In this document: piece after piece, positions 8,680 through 17,568 of the stretch
How positions within the stretch are numbered: position 1 is the stretch's first letter
Layout: each line of letters opens with the position of its first letter
Virus record (IMG/VR): IMGVR_UViG_3300044630_005137
Span: 1-64,000 of that record
Length of the DNA: 64,000 nucleotides
From: a virus
Reading direction: 5' to 3' (one strand)
Notes under the pieces: generated by a model
What the model saw: only the letters and a program-made list of their open reading frames with translations
Databases searched by the model: none
Told to the model about the DNA's origin: nothing
Made by a program: the position numbers and the translations under genes

Positions 8680-8832
8680 TTACTTAGGACCTTGAGCCTG
8701 CGCTTGGTTTGAAACGTCTGTTGATGGGAATGCTGCCTTTGGATCAGCTGCGTACTGCTCGTTGTTTCCCCATACTGTTGAATCGTTTACCTTTGGTGAT
8801 GTAAATCCGTTTAAATCTTTTCCGTCTGACAT
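8680..8832 (-). CDS. 50-aa peptide MSDGKDLNGFTSPKVNDSTVWGNNEQYAADPKAAFPSTDVSNQAQAQGPK
   Basis: hand-translated; AGGAG RBS; promoter TGCTATAAT at 8890-8898. Confidence 0.75.
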   Translation of the reverse strand: MSDGKDLNGFTSPKVNDSTVWGNNEQYAADPKAAFPSTDVSNQAQAQGPK

Positions 8833-8907
8833 TTTATTACTCCTATAGGTTATTTATTTAAGCGGGACTAGTATTCCGCTTATAGGACTATTATAGCATT
8901 TAGTTGA

Positions 8908-9030
8908 TTAGGACTTGTATTGCTTATGCCAGCAATCATCGCATATATCTATGATTGGGCCTTCTTGTTTTCCAGAAAGCCTTGTTGCCTTATTATTACA
9001 GTCTTTTATTTCGCAAAATCCACTAAACAC
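8908..9030 (-). CDS. 40-aa zinc-finger micro-protein (CEIKDC...CDDCW)
   Basis: hand-translated; GTG start overlapping upstream TAG. Confidence 0.65.
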   Translation of the reverse strand: MFSGFCEIKDCNNKATRLSGKQEGPIIDICDDCWHKQYKS

Positions 9031-9170
9031 TACTTAGATCCCTTTGCCTTCTGCCCTCTGTAGCCAGTTTTTTTAATATTCATTGATCCAGGCTTTTTTT
9101 CACCAGGTGAATATGTAGCAGCTTGCCTTTGAGCAAGAGCTCTCTGCATTTTATCTAAATGCTTTCCCAT
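9030..9170 (-). CDS. 46-aa basic peptide ([16 protein letters not shown]...KTGYRGQKAKGSK)
   Basis: hand-translated; TAATG overlap. Confidence 0.7.
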   Translation of the reverse strand: MGKHLDKMQRALAQRQAATYSPGEKKPGSMNIKKTGYRGQKAKGSK

Positions 9171-9388
9171 TAATTAATCTTCCCACCAAATTTTGACCAT
9201 GCTCTTTCATGTAGAAAAAACCCTATCATTTCGCATGCAGTGTAAATAATTGCAAATGCCCCAGCATACTCCCAATGAGCTTCGCCAGTAATAGCCATTT
9301 CAAAGAAGTAAACTAATGTGCCAACAAATCCAATATGAACTGCTGGCCAAGTAATTGATTTATAAAAACTTCTTTTCTTTGATTCCAT
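9170..9388 (-). CDS. DUF2061-like small membrane protein
   Basis: [14 protein letters not shown]...FFLHERAW. Confidence 0.75.
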   Translation of the reverse strand: MESKKRSFYKSITWPAVHIGFVGTLVYFFEMAITGEAHWEYAGAFAIIYTACEMIGFFLHERAWSKFGGKIN

Positions 9389-9594
9389 TATTTTGTTTTC
9401 TTAGCCGAAGTTTTTTTAGCCGAAGTTTTCTTGGCTGGTGCCTTCTTGGCTGGTGCCTTCTTGGCTGGTGCCTTCTTGGCTGGTGCCTTCTTGGCTGGTG
9501 CCTTCTTGGCCGAAGTCTTAATTTCTTCTAGCATGGCTTCAACCTGAGATTCAACTGAATTGAATCCTAACCAATTTTTTAAATTCTTTAACAT
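9388..9594 (-). CDS. histone-H1-like/PAKK-repeat basic protein
   Basis: (APAKK)5 plus (TSAKK)3. Confidence 0.75.
   Translation of the reverse strand: MLKNLKNWLGFNSVESQVEAMLEEIKTSAKKAPAKKAPAKKAPAKKAPAKKAPAKKTSAKKTSAKKTK
9428..9510. repeat. perfect 15-bp tandem repeat (TTCTTGGCTGGTGCC x5 + partial)
   Basis: directly visible. Confidence 0.95.
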
Positions 9595-9740
9595 GATTCC
9601 TCTTTTTCTTTTAATTTTCTTACCACTAATCCCAAAACGTCTTTGGGTCTCCAGTCTGGTGGAAATTCTAAATTTTCCATTTCAATTATTAGATCTCTTA
9701 AAATCTTTTTTTTAATTACGTGAAAATGATCCCATTCCAT
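9588..9740 (-). CDS. 50-aa hypothetical protein (MEWDHFHVIKKK...)
   Basis: hand-translated; TGATAAAAT 6 nt upstream. Confidence 0.65.
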   Translation of the reverse strand: MEWDHFHVIKKKILRDLIIEMENLEFPPDWRPKDVLGLVVRKLKEKEESC

Positions 9741-9763
9741 ATATATATTTTATCATAATAGTA

Positions 9764-9793
9764 AATATGGGGCAGGTTACCCTGCCCCATATT
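9764..9793 (-). terminator. perfect 13-bp hairpin, probable terminator
   Basis: AATATGGGGCAGG-TTAC-CCTGCCCCATATT just after the 9801 stop. Confidence 0.8.
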
Positions 9794-9800
9794 AAACTAA

Positions 9801-11237
9801 TTACTTAAGCAAGGTAACCTTAGCTTTTGGATTCTTCTTGTTCCACTGAGTGGCCAACTTGTTAAATGCAGCCTTCATAGACTTAATTGCTGCAGCATTA
9901 TCTGCAGTCAACTTAGCAATCTGTGCATCCTTAGCGAGTAGAGCAGCATCTGATGCAGTCTTTGCATCTGCAAGTGACTTTGCACCCGCTACCTTCTCTG
10001 TTGCTACAGCATCTGCAACTGCCTTATCTGAAGCAGCCTTTGCATCTGCAAGTGCCTTATCTGATGTAGCCTTTAGATCAGCAAGTGCCTTGGCATGTGA
10101 AGCCTTTAGTTCTGCAAGTTCTGCAGTAAGTGTTGCAAGTGAAGCATTCGCTGCTTCCAAGTCCAACTTGAACTGTGCAATAATCTTATCTGCAGCAACG
10201 CCTGCATCTGCGAGTGCCTTTAGAGCGCTTGCTTCTGCCTTCTTTGCATCAGTTGCTTCTGCGGTAGCCTTTAGTAGCTCAGCATTAGCCTTTGCTAGGC
10301 TTTCTGCTAGAGCTGACTTAGCCTTAACTTCTGCTTCAAGCTGAGCTTTTGTTGAAGCGTGTGCTGCTCTTTCTGCAACGAGTGCTGCTTTTTCAGCAGC
10401 AAGCTCTGATACTAGATCACGAACTGAAATCTCTGCGAATGGAGCAAGTGTTGGAGCAGTCAAACCAACTACTGCTGCTGCAACTGCATCTGTTGATGTT
10501 GTTGGAGCAAATGTAATTAGTGAGCGTGTTCCTGTTGTTGGAAGAGTAGCCTTAAAGGTTGCTGTTCCAAAATCTGTTAGTGTAGCACCAGTTGTTACTG
10601 TTGCTGTATCCATAACTGCTGTTGAAGCAAATACAGTTGCTGTAATTGACTTACCAGATACCTTGTTGCCAAATGCATCTGTTGCAGTTACAACGATGTC
10701 TTGCTTTGTACCAGCAGCACCTGTTGTAGGTGCAGAAACTGATAGATTATTGATTAGACCAGCAGTACCCTGTACATAGTATGTTACCGTTACTGGACCA
10801 TTTGTAACTACAACTGTTCCAATTGCTGTTGTCTTTGTGTATACATAGAATGTTGCTGTTGTTCCTGTACCAGTTGCAACTGTCAAAGATGATGATCCTG
10901 ATGTTGCTCCTACTGGTGCAGCAGTTGAGTGTAGTGCAGATACGATTGTTGCATTTGTTGAAGTTGCAGTAACTGATGTTCCTGCTACTACTGTTGCTAC
11001 GATCTGAACAACGTCTGTATTGTCAACAGTGTTGTCTGCAGGTACTGGACGTACGATTGCAGTCGTTAGCGCTGTTCCAGCAGTTGCTGGCGTGTCATAT
11101 CCTGCGCCACCTGTTTTTGCGGCATTCCATGTGGATGCTACAACTGACATGGTGTTAGCACTTGCAGGTGTTGCTACCATTGTGCCCAAAGTCATGGCTG
11201 CAACCATGGCTAGAGCGATTTTCTTAAATGAGTTCAT
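9801..11237 (-). CDS. secreted/surface protein: signal peptide, Thr/Ala-rich Ig-like region, long Ala/Lys coiled coil
   Basis: MNSFKKIALAMVAA..PASA signal; TATDAFGN Ig-like strand; heptad-like C-terminus; AGGAG RBS. Confidence 0.8.
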   Translation of the reverse strand: MNSFKKIALAMVAAMTLGTMVATPASANTMSVVASTWNAAKTGGAGYDTPATAGTALTTAIVRPVPADNTVDNTDVVQIVATVVAGTSVTATSTNATIVSALHSTAAPVGATSGSSSLTVATGTGTTATFYVYTKTTAIGTVVVTNGPVTVTYYVQGTAGLINNLSVSAPTTGAAGTKQDIVVTATDAFGNKVSGKSITATVFASTAVMDTATVTTGATLTDFGTATFKATLPTTGTRSLITFAPTTSTDAVAAAVVGLTAPTLAPFAEISVRDLVSELAAEKAALVAERAAHASTKAQLEAEVKAKSALAESLAKANAELLKATAEATDAKKAEASALKALADAGVAADKIIAQFKLDLEAANASLATLTAELAELKASHAKALADLKATSDKALADAKAASDKAVADAVATEKVAGAKSLADAKTASDAALLAKDAQIAKLTADNAAAIKSMKAAFNKLATQWNKKNPKAKVTLLK

Positions 11238-11285
11238 TTAATTTATTCTCCTTATTTCCTCTGTCATCTTTGCGATTACAGAAAT

Positions 11286-11480
11286 TTAGTGTAGTGCATT
11301 TACTTTTACATGGAAAGAGCAGGGATCTCCTCCTTCTTCCCATTCTTGCATTTCTTCATCTGTTAAAGGCGGACCATCGTGTGTATCGCAAAATACATCA
11401 GATACCCAGCCTTTATCGTAACCATTTTTGAGCCATATCTCAAACTCTAAATGATTTGAATCTATGTTTTCTAGATCCAT
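11286..11480 (-). CDS. hypothetical protein
   Basis: CDTHDGPP..EWEEGGDPC. Confidence 0.7.
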   Translation of the reverse strand: MDLENIDSNHLEFEIWLKNGYDKGWVSDVFCDTHDGPPLTDEEMQEWEEGGDPCSFHVKVNALH

Positions 11481-11773
11481 TCTGAAAGTTCTTCTAGCAT
11501 TACATGCTTAGGTTTTGCTCCAGTAATAGTCTTTACTGGTTTCCCCGACTTAAATAGTACCATATAAGGGATAGAAGTTACAGAGTATTCTGCTGATTTT
11601 ACAGGATTTTCATCAACATTTATCTTTCCTACCCAGAGCCCGCACTCATTTGATATCTCATCTAATATTGGAGACACCTTTAAGCATGGTCCGCACCATG
11701 GAGCCCAGAAATCAATAAGGACTAGATTGTGAGAATCTAGTACTCTATCAAAGCTTTCATCTGTAACTATCAA
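11471..11773 (-). CDS. trxA: thioredoxin
   Basis: DFWAPWCGPC, SIP, GAKPK. Confidence 0.95.
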   Translation of the reverse strand: MIVTDESFDRVLDSHNLVLIDFWAPWCGPCLKVSPILDEISNECGLWVGKINVDENPVKSAEYSVTSIPYMVLFKSGKPVKTITGAKPKHVMLEELSEWI

Positions 11774-11774
11774 T

Positions 11775-11984
11775 CTATTCTCCTTTTAGTTCGTCCGCTG
11801 CATTATTAAACTTATTCATAAATGTTTGAATAACCCAGAGTGCTGTCTCACCAGCATTTGTAGACATCGCTTTTGAAGCCTCTTCTGTTCTATCTTCAAT
11901 GGCAAGGGCGTTGTACCATTTCTGGTACAACTCCTCACCAATTTCCTTGATTATTTCTTCAAGGATAGTTAACTTGCTATCCAT
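11775..11984 (-). CDS. hypothetical protein
   Basis: ORF track, coupled to neighbours. Confidence 0.7.
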   Translation of the reverse strand: MDSKLTILEEIIKEIGEELYQKWYNALAIEDRTEEASKAMSTNAGETALWVIQTFMNKFNNAADELKGE

Positions 11985-12939
11985 TGATTACTTTACTCAA
12001 CTTAAACAGATAAACATTTTGTCCATAAGAGTTTTCTACTGGATCAGAAGCAGTCTTCATTAATGAAATTAGCTGTGCTGATGTTAGTGTAGGCTTTGTA
12101 GTCTTAAGGTGTACGTACTTTGCAGCAATTACCTGAACGGAAACAGATGTTCCATAAGAATACCCGTTAACATTTCCAGGATAAATAGTTGGCTGCTGGA
12201 TTTCACCCCATAGATCTACAAGGTTTACATCATAGTTACTTGTTAAAGAAACTTGAGGCTTATCTAGATTTAGAGTTTCAACTCCACCAACTGCAATTGA
12301 CTGGCTAATACATGCTGGCCACTCAATCTTGCCCTTCATACTTGGATTTCCAGCACTATTTCCAGAAGGGAAAAATACTGGTACACCAGAGTTATTTAAA
12401 TTAGAAACTACTGTATCAACTGCTGTTGGTAAACAATAAGCAGATGTTGCGCTGCGCTTAATAACTGGAGCATTAGTAGCATGAGATGATGCAACTGCTA
12501 CAATATTGTACTTAGCCTTGTTGTTATTAACCCATGTTAAAGCATTTACAAGGGTGTTTAAACCGTAAGTTTGCTGTCCGCCCTTTGTTGTATTGCCAAC
12601 AATTCTAATAAATACAATATTAATATTTGGATTAGCAGCAATTGCTGCGGAAGCCATTTGTGTTCCATGATTAAAGTTGTTTGTTGATAACATACTAATT
12701 GGAAGAACTGATGCTCCTGCGCCCTCCATAAATTTAGTTTTATTTGGACATGATGGCCAATCTAAAATGCATACCTCAGCAACTAGTCTTGACTTAATTG
12801 ATGGGATTGATGTGTCTAGCGCTGTGTCTAAAATAGCCAATGTTGGGACAACTGTTTTTGGCTTTAGATTTGCCTGTGCAGGCATTGTGGTAATAGCGAG
12901 TGTGCTGGCGATAATTGCCATAGTTATTAGTTTTTTCAT
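11977..12939 (-). CDS. secreted subtilisin-like serine peptidase (S8)
   Basis: ILDT (Asp), NHGTQMA (His), SGN, GTSVS (Ser); signal peptide MKKLITMA..AQA. Confidence 0.9.
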   Translation of the reverse strand: MKKLITMAIIASTLAITTMPAQANLKPKTVVPTLAILDTALDTSIPSIKSRLVAEVCILDWPSCPNKTKFMEGAGASVLPISMLSTNNFNHGTQMASAAIAANPNINIVFIRIVGNTTKGGQQTYGLNTLVNALTWVNNNKAKYNIVAVASSHATNAPVIKRSATSAYCLPTAVDTVVSNLNNSGVPVFFPSGNSAGNPSMKGKIEWPACISQSIAVGGVETLNLDKPQVSLTSNYDVNLVDLWGEIQQPTIYPGNVNGYSYGTSVSVQVIAAKYVHLKTTKPTLTSAQLISLMKTASDPVENSYGQNVYLFKLSKVING

Positions 12940-12946
12940 AAAGCTA

Positions 12947-12975
12947 ATTCTACTAAATGCAGCGATGGTTGTCAA
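12947..12975 (-). promoter_or_regulatory. sigma70-type promoter, leaderless
   Basis: TTGACA-17-TAGAAT, ATG 7 nt downstream. Confidence 0.8.
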
Positions 12976-12979
12976 TAGA

Positions 12980-13159
12980 TTATGAATTTTGTGTTGGGTT
13001 CTTGCGTGGATACCATTTACCAGAATCCATATTTCTTGATTCTGCCGCCTGTTGCTGAGTATTAATAATGTTGCCCATAATCTCATGCATTATATCTAAT
13101 TCAATTCTAAGCTTATATAGCTCAAGCTCTAGCATATCAATTCTTCTTTGTGATCTCAT
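12980..13159 (-). CDS. 59-aa hypothetical protein (MRSQRRIDMLELEL...)
   Basis: hand-translated; TAATG overlap. Confidence 0.7.
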   Translation of the reverse strand: MRSQRRIDMLELELYKLRIELDIMHEIMGNIINTQQQAAESRNMDSGKWYPRKNPTQNS

Positions 13160-13368
13160 TATTCTTCTTCTCTATCCAGTGGCGTTGGTGCTGTTGCCAG
13201 TGTGCCACAATTAGCACACTCCATATCTAAAAAGTAAGTTGCAATTTCAGAGTTATCAAAAATAACTTTAAGGTTCCATATTTCACAACCGCATGGACAC
13301 ACATGTGTCGGTACACCTCTTACGTCCATTGACTTAGAGTAATCTGGTCTTAGGTCATTTATGTCCAT
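13159..13368 (-). CDS. zinc-ribbon protein
   Basis: CPCG...CANCG. Confidence 0.75.
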   Translation of the reverse strand: MDINDLRPDYSKSMDVRGVPTHVCPCGCEIWNLKVIFDNSEIATYFLDMECANCGTLATAPTPLDREEE

Positions 13369-13382
13369 TGTTTAATTATACA

Positions 13383-13940
13383 CTAAACTTGAATGTATGT
13401 ATAGGGGGCAGATACACTCATGTTAAACTCAGTTGCTGCTTCTAATGCTGCCTTTAAGCGTAAGCGTGGGTTCTTTTGATTCTTTGTAGCATGAAGTGCA
13501 CCTAATGCTATCTGTCCGCCGCTTCCTTCCGCCATATAGTTTACTATGTTTTCTCCAACATGGAAGTCTTCATCTATAGTAAAGATTCTACCTTCAAGAC
13601 CTACTATAAAAATTCCACCACTATCTTCCTCAGATGATGATCCGATGCTTCCGTATCCATGCTCTTTAAATGCAGCCTTAACAGAATCAACAAACTTAGT
13701 TCTCATAAACTTATCTAATCCAGAGTTAGTTTTTGTTGGAGTATATTTTGGTGGAGTCCACGAGTATTGAAGAATCTGACCCATTCTAAAAGAATCAGTA
13801 AATGCAATGCCATACTGCCCAACTTTAAAAACTTTAGGCTCTTTTCTTGACAGGATCCAACCAGTTTTATCATCTGAGGCAGCATGATCTGATGCCATAT
13901 AAACGACACCACTCTGGGCAATAGCAACAATACAAGTCAT
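13383..13940 (-). CDS. Ntn-hydrolase, HslV/proteasome-beta-like peptidase
   Basis: N-terminal MTCIVA (Thr nucleophile), ASD, K, AEGSGGQIALGAL; promoter TGGACA-17-TACAAT at 13947-13975. Confidence 0.8.
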   Translation of the reverse strand: MTCIVAIAQSGVVYMASDHAASDDKTGWILSRKEPKVFKVGQYGIAFTDSFRMGQILQYSWTPPKYTPTKTNSGLDKFMRTKFVDSVKAAFKEHGYGSIGSSSEEDSGGIFIVGLEGRIFTIDEDFHVGENIVNYMAEGSGGQIALGALHATKNQKNPRLRLKAALEAATEFNMSVSAPYTYIQV

Positions 13941-13961
13941 ACCTTTATTGTACTATTTTAA

Positions 13962-14276
13962 TTATTCTGTGTCCAGCATCTCATGATATTCTAAGTGATT
14001 TAATTGATTTATTACATTATCTAATTCAGACTTCATTTCAATTAAATCTTGAATGGCCTTATAATATTTGTCTTTCCACTCAGTTAATTCTTTTTCTAAT
14101 TGATATAGTTCAATTTTAAGGTCTTTTATATCTAATCTGAGTTGGTCTTTTTCTTTCTCTTCCCGCCTATTTTTTTCCTTTTTGCCGTCTCTAATGCCAG
14201 CAACAATGGCGGTACCAAAACCACTTAGGCTTGCCGCTAATATTGAAACCACTATGGTTATGTATGATATTTCCAT
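13962..14276 (-). CDS. membrane-anchored coiled-coil protein
   Basis: N-terminal TM then heptad repeats. Confidence 0.7.
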   Translation of the reverse strand: MEISYITIVVSILAASLSGFGTAIVAGIRDGKKEKNRREEKEKDQLRLDIKDLKIELYQLEKELTEWKDKYYKAIQDLIEMKSELDNVINQLNHLEYHEMLDTE

Positions 14277-14305
14277 TATATATCATATTATACCTTATAA
14301 TTAAT

Positions 14306-14545
14306 CTAAACTAATAGCTCAGATGCTGCAATTTCTGCGCCGATATATCTTTTTTTCTGTATAAAATCTTTAACATGCTCATGACCATTTTGTCTACCAG
14401 CAATTAAAACTACCCATCTTGGCTCAAACTTATTATCTATACATGTTTGGCATAAAAACAAATTAATTGTCAATAATGATGATTTTTTTAGGTTCAGCTT
14501 ATTCTTTGTCTTGTTACATGAATAACAAAATATCTTTTCACTCAT
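14306..14545 (-). CDS. CxxC..CxxC zinc-binding protein
   Basis: CYSC...CQTC..FEPRW. Confidence 0.7.
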   Translation of the reverse strand: MSEKIFCYSCNKTKNKLNLKKSSLLTINLFLCQTCIDNKFEPRWVVLIAGRQNGHEHVKDFIQKKRYIGAEIAASELLV

Positions 14546-15006
14546 TCAAAAACCTCTTCGCATTCTGTTGCTTTAAAAAAACGACCTACATCAAATCTGA
14601 TGTTGTCTCTTGAAAATAGCCCAGCAAAATCTTTTACTAGGCTCTTATATTTGTCTTCTTGCATATCACTTTTATATTTTAATATGATACTTTCTGCCTT
14701 TATGTAGTCTTCTCTTACAAAGGTGCAGTCTCCTTGGGTTCCGCCAGATGATCTACGGAGTATTTTTTGCGCTAGCTGGCCACCTGGACCATACATTGTT
14801 ACTGTTAGGTATTCTTTTGCAAATCCCCAATCCGTATATTTATTATAAGCTTCGGTTACATCTAATGGGCCATTATAATGATAAATTGATCTAGCTGGGC
14901 TTTCACCATCCCTTGCAATAGTTAGCATGTAGTGGGTGCTTCCGTTTGAGTTTTCTCTTAAAAAGTTGTCAACAACAGAAAAATGTTCTGATTTTAATTC
15001 GCTCAT
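14542..15006 (-). CDS. hypothetical protein
   Basis: ORF track, ATGA coupling. Confidence 0.7.
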   Translation of the reverse strand: MSELKSEHFSVVDNFLRENSNGSTHYMLTIARDGESPARSIYHYNGPLDVTEAYNKYTDWGFAKEYLTVTMYGPGGQLAQKILRRSSGGTQGDCTFVREDYIKAESIILKYKSDMQEDKYKSLVKDFAGLFSRDNIRFDVGRFFKATECEEVFE

Positions 15007-15308
15007 GCCATTGGCCTTCCCTCTAACTCTACTCTAACTCCATATGACTCAAGTAATTTTTTTGCCTTGGTTACATAGTCTATAACCTTTTCTTTTTCTA
15101 TTCCGTCAAATTGGATAAAGTTATCTTCATATAATCTTAATGCTAAAAATTCTGGATACTCTACAACATCCATTAATAAAAACATAGGCTTCTTTATTTC
15201 TCTAAGTCTTTTTTTCATTTCTGAATTATAAAAAACTGGCTTGTTAGGTTCACCAGTCCATTGATTCATTCCATATTTAAAATGATGATTATCGTAAACA
15301 TTAGACAT
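15003..15308 (-). CDS. hypothetical protein
   Basis: ORF track. Confidence 0.7.
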   Translation of the reverse strand: MSNVYDNHHFKYGMNQWTGEPNKPVFYNSEMKKRLREIKKPMFLLMDVVEYPEFLALRLYEDNFIQFDGIEKEKVIDYVTKAKKLLESYGVRVELEGRPMA

Positions 15309-15612
15309 TTTGTTTTGCCTTTATTTGTTTCCACACTTCTTTTGTTTTGTGTGCATTTTTCATTTTATCCATTAAACCAGATGACAAAAATACACCGCCC
15401 CATACTCCGTACTCATTATTTTTAATTCCCGCATCGCGGCACATCAACATTACTGGGCACGATAAACAACACTGGTCTATAGCCTTAGCCATATTAACAT
15501 CAGACTCATACTGATCAAAAAATAGATTAGTCTCCATGCCATTGCATGCAGCTAAATGCCACCATCTTATTGATTGCTCATCTGAATCTAATTCATTTAA
15601 AATATTTGACAT
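15301..15612 (-). CDS. whiB: WhiB-family Fe-S transcription factor
   Basis: W...AAC, C..CPV...C, GVWGG. Confidence 0.9.
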   Translation of the reverse strand: MSNILNELDSDEQSIRWWHLAACNGMETNLFFDQYESDVNMAKAIDQCCLSCPVMLMCRDAGIKNNEYGVWGGVFLSSGLMDKMKNAHKTKEVWKQIKAKQNV

Positions 15613-15826
15613 ACTTTAGCGGAAGAGTCCATGCCCCTTTTGAATTAACTGGGAACTCATTTGCGATTCCCCAGGAATTATTTTTATAAACTCCTTTGGT
15701 GTCAAAATATCCGCTATTATTTTTCTCCCAAACAATTAAGTTATAATTATTCCAGTATAAATCAAACTTATTCTTAGGAATTTTGTTCCTTAGAATTTCT
15801 ACTCCGTTTTCATATAAATGTAGCAT
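15593..15826 (-). CDS. hypothetical protein
   Basis: ORF track; promoter TTGACA-18-TATAAT at 15860-15889. Confidence 0.65.
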   Translation of the reverse strand: MLHLYENGVEILRNKIPKNKFDLYWNNYNLIVWEKNNSGYFDTKGVYKNNSWGIANEFPVNSKGAWTLPLKYVKYFK

Positions 15827-15898
15827 CTGTCCAATTTGTCTTTTTTATACCTATATATTATTATACAGGAGCAAAACAGTAGTTGTCAACTGTTTTTG

Positions 15899-16786
15899 TT
15901 ATTTATTTGGGTTAATCATTGAAACTTCACCATTTAGCAATTCTTCAATGTGTGAGCATACAACATCCCACTCTTCTTCAAATAGTTTGTACGATCTTCC
16001 ATGTCCTGGTCCTGGTGCAATCTGTTGTCTATGAGAAACCATTAAGATGTGGTCTGATGCAAGCTCTACTCTGCCGCCTTCTCCTACAGCAAGATTAGGT
16101 TCGTGATTTATTCTAGATAGATCTGAACCAAAATCTCCGTAGTCTAGACCTAAATCGTTCATTAGATTTTCTTTTAATGTTTTTTCAACGTCAAGGTTGA
16201 GCACTGAAGGAGAGTAGTGCTTAACAACAAAACCGTCTTTGTCAACTAAGTATTTTTCAAAATTTGCTGCCTGTGTCTGTCCAGAATAAAATCCTTGGCA
16301 TAACCACCATGAGTAGTATTGGTCAAACGGGAATTGTATTCCAAGCTCTAGCGCTTTACCCCATAAATGACTTGAATGCTCAACAATTACATTAAACACT
16401 TCGCTTGGTTCTCCGAATGGCTGATCTATTCCATTTAGATCTCCGACTAATTCTTTATTTGGAATTGAGTTTACTTTTTCGGAAAACCCAAAAGTTGTGC
16501 CATACACGTCGCATCCGTAGTTTTGAGAATCCATTCCTTCAACTAGTCCTTGAGACCATGCACCTTTTGTAACTCCTGGACCACAGTAATCATTTGTTGG
16601 GAGTGCTACAATTTCAAAGCCTCTGTCCTTATATTTTTGATGAAGCCACTCTAGGACCTCCATTTGATTTGCATTTCCACAACCTACTGTTGTGTTTACA
16701 AACATAGTAACCTTACCCTTATACTTTTTTAAAAAGTCTGGTGTACCGTCTGCTGCGTTTAGTTCTAGATCATATAATGATTTCAT
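15899..16786 (-). CDS. glutathione-peroxidase-like (BtuE-like) protein, divergent
   Basis: KGKVTMFVNTTVGCG, KYKDRGFEIVALPTND, NFEKYLVDKDG. Confidence 0.85.
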   Translation of the reverse strand: MKSLYDLELNAADGTPDFLKKYKGKVTMFVNTTVGCGNANQMEVLEWLHQKYKDRGFEIVALPTNDYCGPGVTKGAWSQGLVEGMDSQNYGCDVYGTTFGFSEKVNSIPNKELVGDLNGIDQPFGEPSEVFNVIVEHSSHLWGKALELGIQFPFDQYYSWWLCQGFYSGQTQAANFEKYLVDKDGFVVKHYSPSVLNLDVEKTLKENLMNDLGLDYGDFGSDLSRINHEPNLAVGEGGRVELASDHILMVSHRQQIAPGPGHGRSYKLFEEEWDVVCSHIEELLNGEVSMINPNK

Positions 16787-16938
16787 TTTTTGTCCCCTTT
16801 TATTTTTATTGATGCAATTTTTACAGACTTTACTTCATCGTCTGTGCCAAATACATCCGAGATGTATTCTTTTGCATCATTTTCATCAAAGGCTTCTACC
16901 TCTGCTGAAATTTCTAGCTTAATCAAATATTTATTCAT
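16783..16938 (-). CDS. 51-aa hypothetical protein (MNKYLIKLEISAEVEAFDE...)
   Basis: hand-translated; ATGA overlap with gpx-like gene. Confidence 0.7.
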   Translation of the reverse strand: MNKYLIKLEISAEVEAFDENDAKEYISDVFGTDDEVKSVKIASIKIKGDKK

Positions 16939-17568
16939 TTACTTTGATACAGTATATCCGTTTTTAGTTAATAAATCAATCGCCGCTTTAACTTTAGGAT
17001 CTACCTTTGCTGGTATCTTTTGTGATGTAGATGGCTTTGATGAAGGCTTTGTTTCAATCTTTGCTGATCCACCAAACTTTGGTCTTCCAAATCCTACGAT
17101 TGAAATAAGAACGCCAGCTTTATTTTTCTTGTAAGCACGAAGTTGTTTGCAAACTTCTCCGCCATTTCTTTGGCTTCCAGACTTTTTTGAAGATGTGTTT
17201 CCTTCTATACACCAAACAGTTCCATCCTCATTGTCTTTAACAACAATACCTACGTGAGAAATTCTATCGACGCCATCTGAAGGGAAATCAAAATACGCTA
17301 TATCTCCTGGCTCTGGATCTGCAACATCTACATCAATCCAAGCACCAGCTTTTTTAAATGCTGCTGCACCTCCTGGTGTGTAAACAGTGTTTGGAATCTT
17401 TACGCCAGATTCTGACCCGCACCAGTTTACGAAACTTCCGCACCATGGTTGGAAGTTTGCTTTCATAAAAGCACCGTATTTAGTTTCGTTGTCTTTAGGA
17501 CCTTCAATAGTTCCTAGCTCTGCTGTAGCAACTTCTATTAGACGAGCTGCTGTACCTTGTTCTGCCAT
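16939..17568 (-). CDS. CHAP-domain endolysin
   Basis: PWCGSFV, PGDIAYFDF, HVGIV, IEGNTS, GFGRP. Confidence 0.9.
   Translation of the reverse strand: MAEQGTAARLIEVATAELGTIEGPKDNETKYGAFMKANFQPWCGSFVNWCGSESGVKIPNTVYTPGGAAAFKKAGAWIDVDVADPEPGDIAYFDFPSDGVDRISHVGIVVKDNEDGTVWCIEGNTSSKKSGSQRNGGEVCKQLRAYKKNKAGVLISIVGFGRPKFGGSAKIETKPSSKPSTSQKIPAKVDPKVKAAIDLLTKNGYTVSK

Noticed and set aside
9850-11431. Plus-strand ORFs antisense to the surface protein
   Set aside because: Antisense shadows of Ala/Thr-biased codons
12940-13086. N-terminal extension of the subtilase in the ORF track
   Set aside because: Occupied by a promoter and a separate 59-aa ORF; the signal peptide begins at 12939
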